64,000 nt of DNA, from sequence record NC_019410.1, one strand, 5' to 3'. The position numbers and the translations under genes were made by a program. The notes under the pieces were generated by a model. That model made no database searches. It saw only the letters and a list, made by a program, of their open reading frames with translations, and was not told the origin of the DNA. Below are positions 8,841-18,583 of the stretch, piece by piece (within the stretch, counting starts at the first letter, position 1; every line of letters starts with the position of its first letter).

Positions 8841-9228
8841 GGTCTTCCCGCCGATCCGCCCCCGCGAGGCCAGGGACGAGGAAATCCACGGCTTCGTCGT
8901 CCGCTACGGCTGGTTCTGGAACGTGACCCTGCTGAACGGCACGATCCTGGCCTTCGATCCCGACGATGTCGACCCCTGCCGCTACGGCGTGACGGGCAAG
9001 GACGACTTCCGCAACCTCGCCGGCGCGCCCGAGACGATCGCGGCCTACGAGTGCGTCCAGGGCTGGCACGCCAAGGCCAAGCACCTCTCGGGCTGGACCG
9101 AACGTCACGACGACCGGCTCGAAGCCCTGCGGACGGCTTATCGCCGCCTGGAGGAGCAGCGCGAGCGCAACAGCCGCGCCCTGGAGGAGCACGGCGGCAT
9201 CTTCAAGTTTCTGGAAGGTCAGGACTGA
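8833..9228 (+). CDS. hypothetical protein (131 aa)
   Basis: ORF 8692..9228 trimmed to MSEVFPP. Confidence 0.7.
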   Translation: MSEVFPPIRPREARDEEIHGFVVRYGWFWNVTLLNGTILAFDPDDVDPCRYGVTGKDDFRNLAGAPETIAAYECVQGWHAKAKHLSGWTERHDDRLEALRTAYRRLEEQRERNSRALEEHGGIFKFLEGQD

Positions 9229-9470
9229 TGCAGAGGACCCTCCATTCGACCGGCCAGGAACTTTCGGTCAAGTTCAAGTTCCCGAGTGAAAACCTGACCT
9301 TGACCGTGCATGCCGAACAGGACAGCCCGATGGCGTTCCTTTGGGTCGAAGGCCGTTCGGTCGACTATTTCGAGAAGCTCCTGAGCTTCGAGCCGGCCGA
9401 TCTCGATCTCTTGATCGCCACCCTGTCCGAGGCGCGCAAGATGATCCGCGAGCGCGAGCCGCAGGACTGA
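9228..9470 (+). CDS. hypothetical protein (80 aa)
   Basis: TGATG coupling; MQRTLHS. Confidence 0.65.
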   Translation: MQRTLHSTGQELSVKFKFPSENLTLTVHAEQDSPMAFLWVEGRSVDYFEKLLSFEPADLDLLIATLSEARKMIREREPQD

Positions 9471-9471
9471 C

Positions 9472-9726
9472 ATGCTGACCAAGGACGAGATCACCTTCGC
9501 GGGCCTGATCAAGGCCATGGAGGACGCCCGACGCACCGCCAAGGCGGCGGGCGATCTCGTCAGCACGGCCGAGATCGACCGCTGGTTCAAGGAACACGCG
9601 CCGATCATCCGGGAGGTCCGCGACAAGGCCGAGGCCGACGAATTCGACGCTGGCGCGAGAGTGTTGACAGCCTCTGAGGAAGGGGCTAAAGACACCCTCG
9701 ACGACAGCGAAAGGAGCCTGCCTTGA
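9472..9726 (+). CDS. hypothetical protein (84 aa)
   Basis: ORF track; 3' end overlaps next promoter. Confidence 0.65.
   Translation: MLTKDEITFAGLIKAMEDARRTAKAAGDLVSTAEIDRWFKEHAPIIREVRDKAEADEFDAGARVLTASEEGAKDTLDDSERSLP
9651..9716 (+). promoter_or_regulatory. phage promoter cassette
   Basis: TGGC-N9-TTGACA(9664)-N17-TAAAGA-N6-CGACGACAGC-GAAAGGAG. Confidence 0.8.
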
Positions 9727-10742
9727 CCGACTTCCCGATCATCCGCGCCGCCATCTCGCCCCGCCGGACCGCCCAGTTCGACGCCGCCCTGGCGAACGTG
9801 AAAGCCTTCACCGAGGAAGGCGTCCTGATCAAGGCCGAGTGGAACGACATCAAGGACACGTTCAGCCGCGCGATCGCCGAGACCTGGGACGCGTTCAAGG
9901 ACAAGGAATACTATCCTCGCGCCCGCCAGGGCGAGCATGAGAACGTCGGCAAGCTCTACTGGGAGCTTCTGAGCCCCTACCCCCATGTCCTGGCCGGCTA
10001 TCTGAAGAAGGTCCAGAACGCCAAGAACATCGAGCCGGCGATCCTGCGCGATTTCCCGATCGCCTTCTTCACCGAGGCCCTGCCGCTCAACGACATGCTG
10101 GTCGCCCTGAAGCCGCTGATCGGCAAGCGCGCGCCGAAGAAGACCAAGGTCCAGATCGAGCGCGAGGGCAAGGAACGGACCTGTCAGGTCTGCGGTCGCG
10201 GCATCCTGGCCGAGAACGGCCGGATCGCCCACCACGGCTATCAGCGCCCCGGCATGGGTTATCAGACCCCCTCGTGCAGCGGCGCCCTGGAACTGCCCTT
10301 CGAGATCAGCCGCGACGCCTTGGGCGCCGACATCGAGAACCTGAAGGCCTACCGCGCCCGCCGCCAGACCTATCGCTCCGACGTCAACCTGGAACTGGTC
10401 AGCCTGCCGGTCAAGTATCAGGTCTCCGAGCAGGACCCGCGCCGCGCGCCGGGCTTCAAGCACGTGGTCGACAAGATGATCCACGTCACCCGCGCCGACT
10501 GGGACGCCCAGAAGGCCGAAACCCCCGAGGCCTTCGCCGGCAAGTACGGGCCGCGTAAGCCCAACTACACCTACGAGCCCTTCACCTTCGACGCCCTGAA
10601 GACCCAGGTCCTGGGCATGGTCGACGGCGAGATCGAGTTCATCACCGGCACGATCCGGGCGCAGCAGAAGCGCTATGACGACTGGAAGCAGACGATGGAG
10701 TTCGTCGACGGCCAGTATCGGATGCTGGAGGTCGCGGCTTGA
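9723..10742 (+). CDS. hypothetical protein (339 aa) with CxxC...HH...C zinc-finger-like motif
   Basis: TTG start after RBS; RTCQVCGR...IAHHGY...PSCSG. Confidence 0.75.
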   Translation: MTDFPIIRAAISPRRTAQFDAALANVKAFTEEGVLIKAEWNDIKDTFSRAIAETWDAFKDKEYYPRARQGEHENVGKLYWELLSPYPHVLAGYLKKVQNAKNIEPAILRDFPIAFFTEALPLNDMLVALKPLIGKRAPKKTKVQIEREGKERTCQVCGRGILAENGRIAHHGYQRPGMGYQTPSCSGALELPFEISRDALGADIENLKAYRARRQTYRSDVNLELVSLPVKYQVSEQDPRRAPGFKHVVDKMIHVTRADWDAQKAETPEAFAGKYGPRKPNYTYEPFTFDALKTQVLGMVDGEIEFITGTIRAQQKRYDDWKQTMEFVDGQYRMLEVAA

Positions 10743-10927
10743 CTATCACCGCCCACGCAGAATCCGTCCTGGCGCTCCAGGCGCAGGCCGCCGACACCCT
10801 CAATCGGGTGATCGGAGAGCGCAACGCCGCCACGGGCGCGAAGAAAACGCGCCTGCGCCGCCTGACCCTGATCCTTGAAGACGTGATGGGCGCCTGCAAC
10901 GACGCCGTGGAGGAGATGCGCCGGTGA
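10739..10927 (+). CDS. hypothetical protein (62 aa)
   Basis: TTGA coupling. Confidence 0.6.
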   Translation: MTITAHAESVLALQAQAADTLNRVIGERNAATGAKKTRLRRLTLILEDVMGACNDAVEEMRR

Positions 10928-11319
10928 TCTTCAGTTCCAAAACCCAGCCCCACTGCCGCTGCTGCGCCAAGCCGATCAAGAAGCACACCCGCCGCCACTA
11001 TTTCGGCTCCAGGGAAGCCAAGGACAACGGCTGGTCGCTCGACCGGATCGAGACCCCGATGTCGGAGGACGAACTGCGTCGGCTGGTGAACGGTCATATC
11101 GTCTCGTTCGCCTGGAGCCACGACGTCACCTACGACGCCAACTACAAGGCCGTGCGGAAGAAGACCCACATCGCCTGGGCCAACGTCTGGGACGGCGAGA
11201 CCTACGAGGACGGTTATTTCTGCACCCTGCGATGCGCCGCCGCGTTCGGGAGCATGGTCGCCGAGCACTATCCCGATATCCACACCCAGGCCTACGCAGA
11301 CTTCAAGGGCAAGCGATGA
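10924..11319 (+). CDS. hypothetical Cys-rich protein (131 aa)
   Basis: CRCCAK...YFCTLRCA. Confidence 0.7.
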   Translation: MIFSSKTQPHCRCCAKPIKKHTRRHYFGSREAKDNGWSLDRIETPMSEDELRRLVNGHIVSFAWSHDVTYDANYKAVRKKTHIAWANVWDGETYEDGYFCTLRCAAAFGSMVAEHYPDIHTQAYADFKGKR

Positions 11320-12038
11320 ACGACGAGATCAAGAGAACCCACGAGGCCTACGGGACCATCGGCTATAGCCACACTCAGGGCGACACCGATCTGGTCGGCG
11401 TCGACTACGCCCAGGGCCACTATGTGACCCTGACGATCAAGACGGCCGTCGCCTATGAGGGCGAGACCCATGACCGCTTCCACGGCGACAAGTACATCTG
11501 CAAGGTGGCGATGAGCGAGGTCCAGTGGGCCGCCTTCATCGCCAATCCGAACCGGGGCGACGGCGTGCCTTGCACCTTGCAGTTCTATCGCGATCCGCTG
11601 ACCGGCGAGACCAAGCACCCGAAGTATCATCGCGAGCAAATGACCCGCGTCGAGCGCACCCGCGAGGCCGTCACCGCCCGCGCCAAGGCCCTGTCGACCA
11701 AGGTCAAGGAGGCCCAGGCCGAGCTTCAGCGGCTGATGGACGGCGGCCCGATCAAGAAGGGCGATCTGAAGACGCTCAAGGACCTGCTCTACTTCGCCAA
11801 CCAGGACATGGAGTCGAACCTCGGCTACTTCGTCGAGCGGGTGGAGGAGACCATCGACAAGGCGGTGGTCGACGCCAAGGCCCAGGTCGACGCCCACGTC
11901 GACTTCGTGGTTCGCGAACTGGGGGTGCGGGCTCTGGGCGCGCGGCTCCAGGAGGCCATCGACGCGGGGCATGATCCTGGCGCCGTGGGGCAGGCCCTGA
12001 TCGGGCTCGTGGCGCCGCCGGAGGCAGACCCGACGTGA
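11316..12038 (+). CDS. hypothetical protein (240 aa) with coiled-coil
   Basis: ATGA coupling; MNDEIKRT. Confidence 0.7.
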   Translation: MNDEIKRTHEAYGTIGYSHTQGDTDLVGVDYAQGHYVTLTIKTAVAYEGETHDRFHGDKYICKVAMSEVQWAAFIANPNRGDGVPCTLQFYRDPLTGETKHPKYHREQMTRVERTREAVTARAKALSTKVKEAQAELQRLMDGGPIKKGDLKTLKDLLYFANQDMESNLGYFVERVEETIDKAVVDAKAQVDAHVDFVVRELGVRALGARLQEAIDAGHDPGAVGQALIGLVAPPEADPT

Positions 12039-12280
12039 GCCGCCGGTTCCTCAACCGCTGGGCCGAGGCGGTCGACGGCTCGCCCCAGTCCAAGCCCTTC
12101 CGGACCAAGGGCCTGTCGTTCGCCCATGCCCGCAGGACGGCGCGGGAGACCCAAGGGGTCGTCGCCGTCGAACACCAAGAACCCGTCAGCGACGCCTCGC
12201 CCAACTGGGCGGTGATCGAGCGCTGGGAATTCTATCCCGACGGCCGTGAGCGCCGCACCCTCAAGCTGGAGACCGTCTGA
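12035..12280 (+). CDS. hypothetical protein (81 aa)
   Basis: GTGA coupling. Confidence 0.6.
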   Translation: MSRRFLNRWAEAVDGSPQSKPFRTKGLSFAHARRTARETQGVVAVEHQEPVSDASPNWAVIERWEFYPDGRERRTLKLETV

Positions 12281-12281
12281 C

Positions 12282-12776
12282 ATGACCCGCAGCACCGCCG
12301 ACATCATCGCCCGCATCAAGGCCCTGGAGGAAGACCCCAGCGACTTCTTCGGCTTCCAGACCAATGATCTGGTCTGCTACCTGCCGTTCGAGGACGCCAA
12401 GCCCTGGCTGAATGAAAACGCCACGCCCGAGGTCTGGACGCCCAACGTCAAAACCCCCGAGGCGATCAAGCAGGTCATCCTCGACTACATGGAGTTCGCC
12501 TGGGACAAGGCCAACAACCGGCGCGGCCTGTCCGCCGGCCGCTCGCTCGATCACATGAAGGCGTGGCTCTGGATGCTGGAGGAGGACGCGGCCTGGGTCG
12601 CGGCCCTGAAGCTCTCCGACTATACCCACTACGGCAAGCCGCAGCTTCGCGCGATCTGCAAGCGCTTCGGCTGGGACTGGACGCAGTGGGACGACGGGCG
12701 GTGGTCCAGCCGCGAGTTCGGCGATGATCACGCGCCCGAGGACGTCGAGGAAGTCGGGATCATCGAGCCCGCCTGA
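12282..12776 (+). CDS. hypothetical phage protein (164 aa)
   Basis: Trimmed to MTRSTAD; Trp-rich globular sequence. Confidence 0.7.
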   Translation: MTRSTADIIARIKALEEDPSDFFGFQTNDLVCYLPFEDAKPWLNENATPEVWTPNVKTPEAIKQVILDYMEFAWDKANNRRGLSAGRSLDHMKAWLWMLEEDAAWVAALKLSDYTHYGKPQLRAICKRFGWDWTQWDDGRWSSREFGDDHAPEDVEEVGIIEPA

Positions 12777-12784
12777 GTCTTTCC

Positions 12785-12850
12785 TGGCGCGAAAGTGTTG
12801 ACAGCCTGAAGGGACTCCTCTACACCCACGCTCGACGACAACGAGAGGAG
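12785..12850 (+). promoter_or_regulatory. phage promoter cassette
   Basis: TGGC-N9-TTGACA(12798)-N17-TACACC-N6-CGACGACAAC-GAGAGGAG. Confidence 0.8.
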
Positions 12851-12855
12851 TTCCC

Positions 12856-14616
12856 ATGGCCGAGACCATGTCCCTGAGTTTCCGGATCGAAGGCGCCGCT
12901 CTGGTGGAGCGGGCGCGCGATCGCGTCATCGAAGGTAACTGGGAGCACGGCCTGCGCATCCTGGTCGAGGGCCTGCACGGCATGTCCTACGAACTCGCGA
13001 TCGACATCCTGCTTGGCAAGCACACCCTGGGCGGCTGGTCCTCGGACCCCGAGGGCGTCTATCTCACCGACCAGGACCCGGAGGACGAGACTTTCAAGCG
13101 CTACAAGGAAACCCTCGACTACCAGTTCGCCGGCGTCTTCAAGCTGGACGACGGCCGGATCATGCGCCCCTACGCGGTGGTCGACAGCTTCTCCAAGATC
13201 GACTTCGACTCTAGGGTCCGCTTCCTGCGGCTGGCCCAAGGCTCGGACCCGGTGTTCTCGCGCCCCAAGCGCTATCACGACCCCCGCGCCGAGATCAACG
13301 GCGAGGAGATCGACTGGGCCTATCGCGCCCTGCACTACGCCGACGAGCCGACCCAGGACATCGTCCGTCTGGTCCGCATGGAGGGCTTCCACCCCACGAT
13401 CCGCGCGGCGGTCCTGTTCAAGGAAGTCCGCGACTATCCCAAGCTCCTGCTCCCGAAGGTCGAGACCGACGCCCAGAAGGCCGTCGACGTGGCGATCAAG
13501 GCCCAGCGTGGTCTCTCCAAGCGCGGGCACGTCTACGAGTATGGCGCTGGTCAGGACTTCGACAAGGAGCACTACAAGACCACCATGGGGATCGATCAGG
13601 TCCCCACCGCCTGGACCGTGCGCAACCCGAAATACGTCGATCCCGACGCCAAGTTCGTGAAGGACACCCTGGCCGAGATCGACGGCGACAAGCGCTCGGC
13701 GCCGGCCGGTGATTACGCCGGCGCCATGAACCGGATGATCAAGGATGAGATGGACGGCGGCATGGACATCAGCGCGGCCGTCGCCATGACCCAGGCCAAG
13801 ATGGCGCTGCTGGGCGGCATGGCCGAGGACCCCGAGCAGCGCCTGCGGGCGATCAACGACGCCTACGCCGCCAAGTACGAGAAGGCCGAGGGCCGCAGCG
13901 TCGAGGAGTACCGCAAGGCCATCATCGCCCAGGCCGGCGATGATTTCTTTGATCTCGCGTACACGGATGTGAACGGCAAGGACGTCGTCCTGAAGGTCCC
14001 GACCGCGCCGTTCGAGCAATGGGCGCTCTGGCGCACGGCCGGCTCCCACCTCGCCAAGCCCTGGAAGCGGGTGACCTACACCGGCTTCAAGACGTTCGGC
14101 GATGATCCCTATCACACCGACTGGGTGCTGGGCGCTGGGCTCAATCCTGAGGATTGGCCGATCATCGAGGCCGACAACCCGCCGCTCCACAAGGCCGCCT
14201 GGGACAAGCGCTTCCGGCTGGCCGAGGAGAAGCTGGGCGGCAACATGCGCGTCCTGCTCGGCAAGGGCTTCGTGACCGGCAAGATCGTGATGCTCAAGCC
14301 GGGCGAGGCCCTGTCACCGGGTGAGATCGGCGTGATCCGCAACGCCGGCCCCGACTACGTCCAGGCCGCCCAGAGCGCGATCGAGCACAACACCGCCTTG
14401 ATCTGCGAGAACGGCGGCAGCGTCGCCCACCTCGTGGTCGAGTACCTGGACAAGCCCCTGCGCCTGACCCGGATCGAGAACGCGCGCAAGATTTTCAAGG
14501 ACGGCATGACCGTCTACCTCGACTTTGACAAGTCGACGCGAGAGATCGCCAAGGGTGGCCTGGGGCCGAGCCCTGCCGATCTTGGCCTCGACACGGAATG
14601 GGAGATTTTCGAATGA
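12856..14616 (+). CDS. 586-aa protein with C-terminal PEP-utiliser mobile (phospho-histidine swivel) domain
   Basis: GKGFVTG...LSPGEIGV...LICENGGSVAHLVVE...FKDGMTVYLD matches the G.EG...EPGEILV...VTERGG..SHAAI...IKDGD.V.VD pattern. Confidence 0.7.
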   Translation: MAETMSLSFRIEGAALVERARDRVIEGNWEHGLRILVEGLHGMSYELAIDILLGKHTLGGWSSDPEGVYLTDQDPEDETFKRYKETLDYQFAGVFKLDDGRIMRPYAVVDSFSKIDFDSRVRFLRLAQGSDPVFSRPKRYHDPRAEINGEEIDWAYRALHYADEPTQDIVRLVRMEGFHPTIRAAVLFKEVRDYPKLLLPKVETDAQKAVDVAIKAQRGLSKRGHVYEYGAGQDFDKEHYKTTMGIDQVPTAWTVRNPKYVDPDAKFVKDTLAEIDGDKRSAPAGDYAGAMNRMIKDEMDGGMDISAAVAMTQAKMALLGGMAEDPEQRLRAINDAYAAKYEKAEGRSVEEYRKAIIAQAGDDFFDLAYTDVNGKDVVLKVPTAPFEQWALWRTAGSHLAKPWKRVTYTGFKTFGDDPYHTDWVLGAGLNPEDWPIIEADNPPLHKAAWDKRFRLAEEKLGGNMRVLLGKGFVTGKIVMLKPGEALSPGEIGVIRNAGPDYVQAAQSAIEHNTALICENGGSVAHLVVEYLDKPLRLTRIENARKIFKDGMTVYLDFDKSTREIAKGGLGPSPADLGLDTEWEIFE

Positions 14617-14909
14617 GCGAGAAGTGGCAACCGGTGGAGGAAGCCGCCAATAACCTCTCCGGCTGGAACGTGCGCTCGGCCCAGATGGCGGTCGCCGGCG
14701 GGACCCTCTATCGGACGATCGTCTCGCGCGACAGCCAGGGCGCCGCGCCGGCGGTGAGCACCACCTTCGTCCCGGACGCCGCGCCGCAGTTCACCGTCCA
14801 GGTGACCGACGAGGACCTCCGGAGCCTTGCCGAGTGCAAGGACGTCGCCAGGGCGCGCAGCCTGTTCCGGGGCATCCTGAAGGCCCACGGCCTGGAGATC
14901 ATCGCCTAG
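14613..14909 (+). CDS. hypothetical protein (98 aa)
   Basis: ATGA coupling. Confidence 0.65.
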   Translation: MSEKWQPVEEAANNLSGWNVRSAQMAVAGGTLYRTIVSRDSQGAAPAVSTTFVPDAAPQFTVQVTDEDLRSLAECKDVARARSLFRGILKAHGLEIIA

Positions 14910-15134
14910 ATGCCGGTCTACGAACTCTCCGTCACCGCGATCCACCGCGACACCGTCACGATCGAGGCCGATAGCGAGGAGGCGGCCCGCGCCCGCATCC
15001 TCGAAGAAGGCTATGCCAATGGGGACGACATAAAGTCGGTTCACCACGATGTCGATCCGGAGATCGAGATCGGCGACGCGCGCGATGTGACGGACGAGCA
15101 GTGGATCATCAGCACCTCGGACGAGGAGGACTAA
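14910..15134 (+). CDS. hypothetical acidic protein (74 aa)
   Basis: TVTIEADSEEAARARI motif; abuts neighbours. Confidence 0.7.
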   Translation: MPVYELSVTAIHRDTVTIEADSEEAARARILEEGYANGDDIKSVHHDVDPEIEIGDARDVTDEQWIISTSDEED

Positions 15135-15644
15135 ATGGCCGACTTCAGCCGCGCCCGCCGGTCCATGGAGACCGCCGACCTGATCGAACGCCTCAAGGCT
15201 CTCTACGATCTGGAGGACGCCCGCGATATCCCAGACGAGGAGACCAAGGCCACCTTGAAGGAGGCGGTGGTCCATCTTGGGAGCCTGCATGCGCAGGTCG
15301 AGGCCGAGCGCGCCATGGTCAAGACGGTGATGGACCAGTCCCAGGGCTACAAGACCCTGCTCCTGACGGCGTCTGAGGACCCGGACTTCAAGCGGGCGGC
15401 CTCGCAAATTCGCCTGATGGATACCTATCCCCCGCGTCTGCGGGTGGCTGTCAACGCCTTCCAGCGGGCGATGGACGAGGCCGGACATCTCTCGGGGCCG
15501 GAGGGCCGCAAGATCAACGACCTGATCCAGGGCCATCTCCAACATGACCTCGCCGGCGTCATGGGGATGTCGATGAGCTACAATATCCGCGCCGCCGTCG
15601 CCGCGCTTCACGGCCTTCCGACCCCGGAGTCCAAGACCGAATGA
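15135..15644 (+). CDS. hypothetical protein (169 aa)
   Basis: GAGGAGG RBS. Confidence 0.7.
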   Translation: MADFSRARRSMETADLIERLKALYDLEDARDIPDEETKATLKEAVVHLGSLHAQVEAERAMVKTVMDQSQGYKTLLLTASEDPDFKRAASQIRLMDTYPPRLRVAVNAFQRAMDEAGHLSGPEGRKINDLIQGHLQHDLAGVMGMSMSYNIRAAVAALHGLPTPESKTE

Positions 15645-15853
15645 GCCGTCGCTACACCGGCCCGCGCTTCTGGATCGAGGAGGACGGACGCGTCCACAAA
15701 ATCCTCGACGGGGTCTCCGAGGTCGTCACCACCCTGACCGGGGACGAATTGAAGCTCCTGCGGGCCTGTGGCTGGCGGATAGGCTCGTCCACCCGTCGCT
15801 ACGCCTACAACCCCGCCCACCTTCTCCGCAACGCCCTGGGAGCCGCCAAATGA
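15641..15853 (+). CDS. hypothetical protein (70 aa)
   Basis: ATGA coupling. Confidence 0.65.
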   Translation: MSRRYTGPRFWIEEDGRVHKILDGVSEVVTTLTGDELKLLRACGWRIGSSTRRYAYNPAHLLRNALGAAK

Positions 15854-16422
15854 TCGACCCGAAAGCCAAACTCGCTGACCAAGTCGCCGGCCTCGGCCGT
15901 GACGGCGCCCGGCTCTGCGCCGAGGTGCAGGAACGCTGCGCCAGCAACATCGCCGACTCCGTGCTGGAATTCGTCGCCGACGCCGAGACGATCATCGAGC
16001 GCCAGCAAAAACGCGTCGATGAACTCCAGGTCTCGACGGCGCGTCGGATGCACGTCGAGCGGGCCTATCTGCGGGTGATCCAGGAGTTCATCGCCGCCAA
16101 GCGCCTGCCGAGCCTGACGGCGTTCCATGACGCGGTCGGCATGCTCCAGGCCCAGACCGAGCAGATGAACGGCGACATCGAGCGGCTCGCGACCTATCTG
16201 CGCGGACTGGACCGGCGCGCCATGGACCCTAAGCTGAAGGACCTCGTGGAGCACCTGGACTTCTACATCTTCCACGAGTTGATGCGGAAGATTCACTACA
16301 TCGAGCATTTCGTCCTGCGGGACGCCCGCCTCGCCCTGGTCAGCCTGACCGAGGCCGACTTCGGGCGGATGGGGCTGGGCGAGCGGCCCGAGCCCCCGGT
16401 CAGCCAGGACATGCCGTCGTGA
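15850..16422 (+). CDS. hypothetical coiled-coil protein (190 aa)
   Basis: ATGA coupling. Confidence 0.7.
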   Translation: MIDPKAKLADQVAGLGRDGARLCAEVQERCASNIADSVLEFVADAETIIERQQKRVDELQVSTARRMHVERAYLRVIQEFIAAKRLPSLTAFHDAVGMLQAQTEQMNGDIERLATYLRGLDRRAMDPKLKDLVEHLDFYIFHELMRKIHYIEHFVLRDARLALVSLTEADFGRMGLGERPEPPVSQDMPS

Positions 16423-16652
16423 TCGAGCACGTCTATCGTCGCGATCCGCGCGGGCGCGATTACGGGCTTCAATGCCTGGACCTCGACGAGGCGCTGAAGA
16501 TCGTCGCGGCCGAGAAGCAGGACTTCCTTCTGCGCTTGGTCGCGGTCCTGCACGAGAACAACCTTCTGCGCGACGCCGACGTCATGGAACTGCTCGGCAG
16601 GGGCTGGGCGCTCGAACCCTATGATCTCCACTACAGCGACGACGACGATTAG
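16419..16652 (+). CDS. hypothetical protein (77 aa)
   Basis: GTGA coupling. Confidence 0.65.
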   Translation: MIEHVYRRDPRGRDYGLQCLDLDEALKIVAAEKQDFLLRLVAVLHENNLLRDADVMELLGRGWALEPYDLHYSDDDD

Positions 16653-16655
16653 GCG

Positions 16656-16707
16656 TTGACAACACTCTCGCGCCAACATAGAACCACCCTCGACGACAAC
16701 GAGGAGG
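16656..16707 (+). promoter_or_regulatory. phage promoter cassette (28-bp identical core, copy 1)
   Basis: TTGACAACACTCTCGCGCCAACATAGAA then N6-CGACGACAAC-GAGGAGG. Confidence 0.85.
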
Positions 16708-16712
16708 CTTCG

Positions 16713-17096
16713 ATGAAGCTCGCGACCCAAGACCGCACCGACCCGCGCCTGAACGCGCGCTATCGCCTCGCCAAGGCGGTGTTCTACTATGGCGGCCCGC
16801 ACGAGTACCCGATCCACCTGAACGACTGGTGGAACGAGGTGACGCCGGCCGACGTCGAGGACCGCATCTCCGAACTCTGCCGCGAACTCTCCAAGCTGTC
16901 GGGTCAGACCCTGGCGCCGGCGACCTTCTACGAGCGGATGAAGCTGGGCTTCGTCGACCTCCCGGAAGTGAAGGACGAGGACTTCGCCACCCTGTCGGAG
17001 ACGACCCGCAACAACCTGCTCGCCATGCAGGACCGCTTCTCGGTCCACGGGAGCGGCTTCATGCTCTACTGGAACATCGTCAAAGAGGAGGCCTGA
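16713..17096 (+). CDS. hypothetical protein (127 aa)
   Basis: ATG 16713 after GAGGAGG. Confidence 0.75.
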   Translation: MKLATQDRTDPRLNARYRLAKAVFYYGGPHEYPIHLNDWWNEVTPADVEDRISELCRELSKLSGQTLAPATFYERMKLGFVDLPEVKDEDFATLSETTRNNLLAMQDRFSVHGSGFMLYWNIVKEEA

Positions 17097-17099
17097 GCC

Positions 17100-17459
17100 T
17101 TGGATCGCAACGACCCCGCCCAGCCCATGTGCAAGATCGCCGTCCTGGCCGGCCCCCTGTGGGAGGTCGATACCGACAACTGCGAGACCCTGCTGGTCCC
17201 GATCAAGGACGTCCCGCACCCCTGCGCCGAGAACTTCCAGGACGAGATCGACATGGCCCTCAACATGAGCGGCGAGGCCATGGACTGGCGCCGCGTCGAG
17301 GGCTACGCCGCCGTCCTGCGCGATCCGCGCGGCGCGGACATGTCGCCCGTCGAGGGGCCGTTCGCGACCGCCGAGGAGGCTTTCGCCTACGTCAAGGACC
17401 AGTGGAGCGACCGCATCCCCGGCTCGATGGGGCTGGCGCCCTACGAGGCCCCGCAATGA
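17100..17459 (+). CDS. hypothetical protein (119 aa)
   Basis: TTG start after GAGGAGG. Confidence 0.65.
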   Translation: MDRNDPAQPMCKIAVLAGPLWEVDTDNCETLLVPIKDVPHPCAENFQDEIDMALNMSGEAMDWRRVEGYAAVLRDPRGADMSPVEGPFATAEEAFAYVKDQWSDRIPGSMGLAPYEAPQ

Positions 17460-17725
17460 TCAAGGTGACGCGCCGCATGACCTGGGCTGACGCCGGCCGC
17501 TGCTCCAAGACCGACTGGACCGCGTGGCTCATCCCCGCCGGCCCGCTGATCGCGGCGCTGCCGTTCGCCGCCCTGACCGGCGCGTGCCTGTCGATCAAGG
17601 ACCCGACCCACACCAATCTGGCCATCGCCTTGCTGCCCGGCGCGGCGATGCTCTTCAACGGCTGGATGGCGACGTTCGCCTTCGACCAGTTCCTGCGCGG
17701 GCGGGCCGGCGAGGAGGTCCGCTGA
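17456..17725 (+). CDS. small membrane protein (89 aa, ~2 TM)
   Basis: ATGA coupling; two hydrophobic segments. Confidence 0.65.
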   Translation: MIKVTRRMTWADAGRCSKTDWTAWLIPAGPLIAALPFAALTGACLSIKDPTHTNLAIALLPGAAMLFNGWMATFAFDQFLRGRAGEEVR

Positions 17726-17726
17726 C

Positions 17727-18155
17727 ATGAAGCTCTTCATCATCATCCTGGCGGCGATCCTGTGGCTGGGCGACACCGCCCGCGCCCAGTCCCTGCCGTT
17801 CCGCCTGACCCAGCCGCTGAACTACGGCAGTGATCTCCACTACACCGAGACGCGCGACGCGTCCGCCTCGCGCGAGCCGCTCAAGCGGGTGATCGTCGAC
17901 CTGTCGCGCTCGTCCACGGTGGTCATCGAGCGGGCCTGGACCTATGCCGAACTCGCCGGCGCCCAGACGACCTGCGGCGAGATCGTCCTCAACGGCCGCC
18001 GTCAGAGGTTCGTCCTCCAGGAAGGCCCCAAGACCGCCGTGATCGGCCCGGCGGTGCCCGCCTACTTCTGGTCGCTCGACGTGCCGGACTACCAGTTCCG
18101 CAACGCCGGATGCCTGCGCGACCGCGCCGCCCTGATCATCCCGCCGAGGTTCTGA
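17727..18155 (+). CDS. putative secreted protein (142 aa)
   Basis: Signal peptide MKLFIIILAAILWLGDTARA-Q. Confidence 0.7.
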   Translation: MKLFIIILAAILWLGDTARAQSLPFRLTQPLNYGSDLHYTETRDASASREPLKRVIVDLSRSSTVVIERAWTYAELAGAQTTCGEIVLNGRRQRFVLQEGPKTAVIGPAVPAYFWSLDVPDYQFRNAGCLRDRAALIIPPRF

Positions 18156-18158
18156 TCC

Positions 18159-18224
18159 TGGCGTTCTTGTGTTGACAAGGCCAGCGCCGCTGGCCTAGAA
18201 CGTCGTGGACGACAACAGGAGGGA
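18159..18224 (+). promoter_or_regulatory. phage promoter cassette
   Basis: TGGC-N9-TTGACA(18172)-N18-TAGAAC-N5-GGACGACAAC-AGGAGGG. Confidence 0.8.
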
Positions 18225-18226
18225 CC

Positions 18227-18583
18227 ATGCCGCTCTACGACTTTCCGACCGGACCGACCACGATGGCGGACATCGAGGCGTTCGTCGCCGGCGCCCAGGC
18301 GGTGGTGACCGCCCAACTGGCCAAGGCCTTTCCCGGCGTGTCCGCGCCGGTCCTGGAGATCGCGCCGGTTCACCCGAGCAGCCAGTTCGCCAAGATCGTC
18401 GCGGTCGACGCCAGCCAGCGCTCGGCCTGGGCGTTCGTCCGACTGGAGAACGGCCTGATCTACAAGCCCTCGTCGTGGAAGGTGCCGGCCAAGCATGCGC
18501 GTGGCACGATCCACACCGCCGCGCACGGCGCCGAGTACGTCGACTGGACCGGCCCGCGCTACGTCAAGGACCTGCGTCGATGA
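18227..18583 (+). CDS. phage hypothetical protein (118 aa)
   Basis: SAWAFV...GLIYKPSSWKVPAKHARGTI resembles a motif common in phage early proteins. Confidence 0.75.
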   Translation: MPLYDFPTGPTTMADIEAFVAGAQAVVTAQLAKAFPGVSAPVLEIAPVHPSSQFAKIVAVDASQRSAWAFVRLENGLIYKPSSWKVPAKHARGTIHTAAHGAEYVDWTGPRYVKDLRR

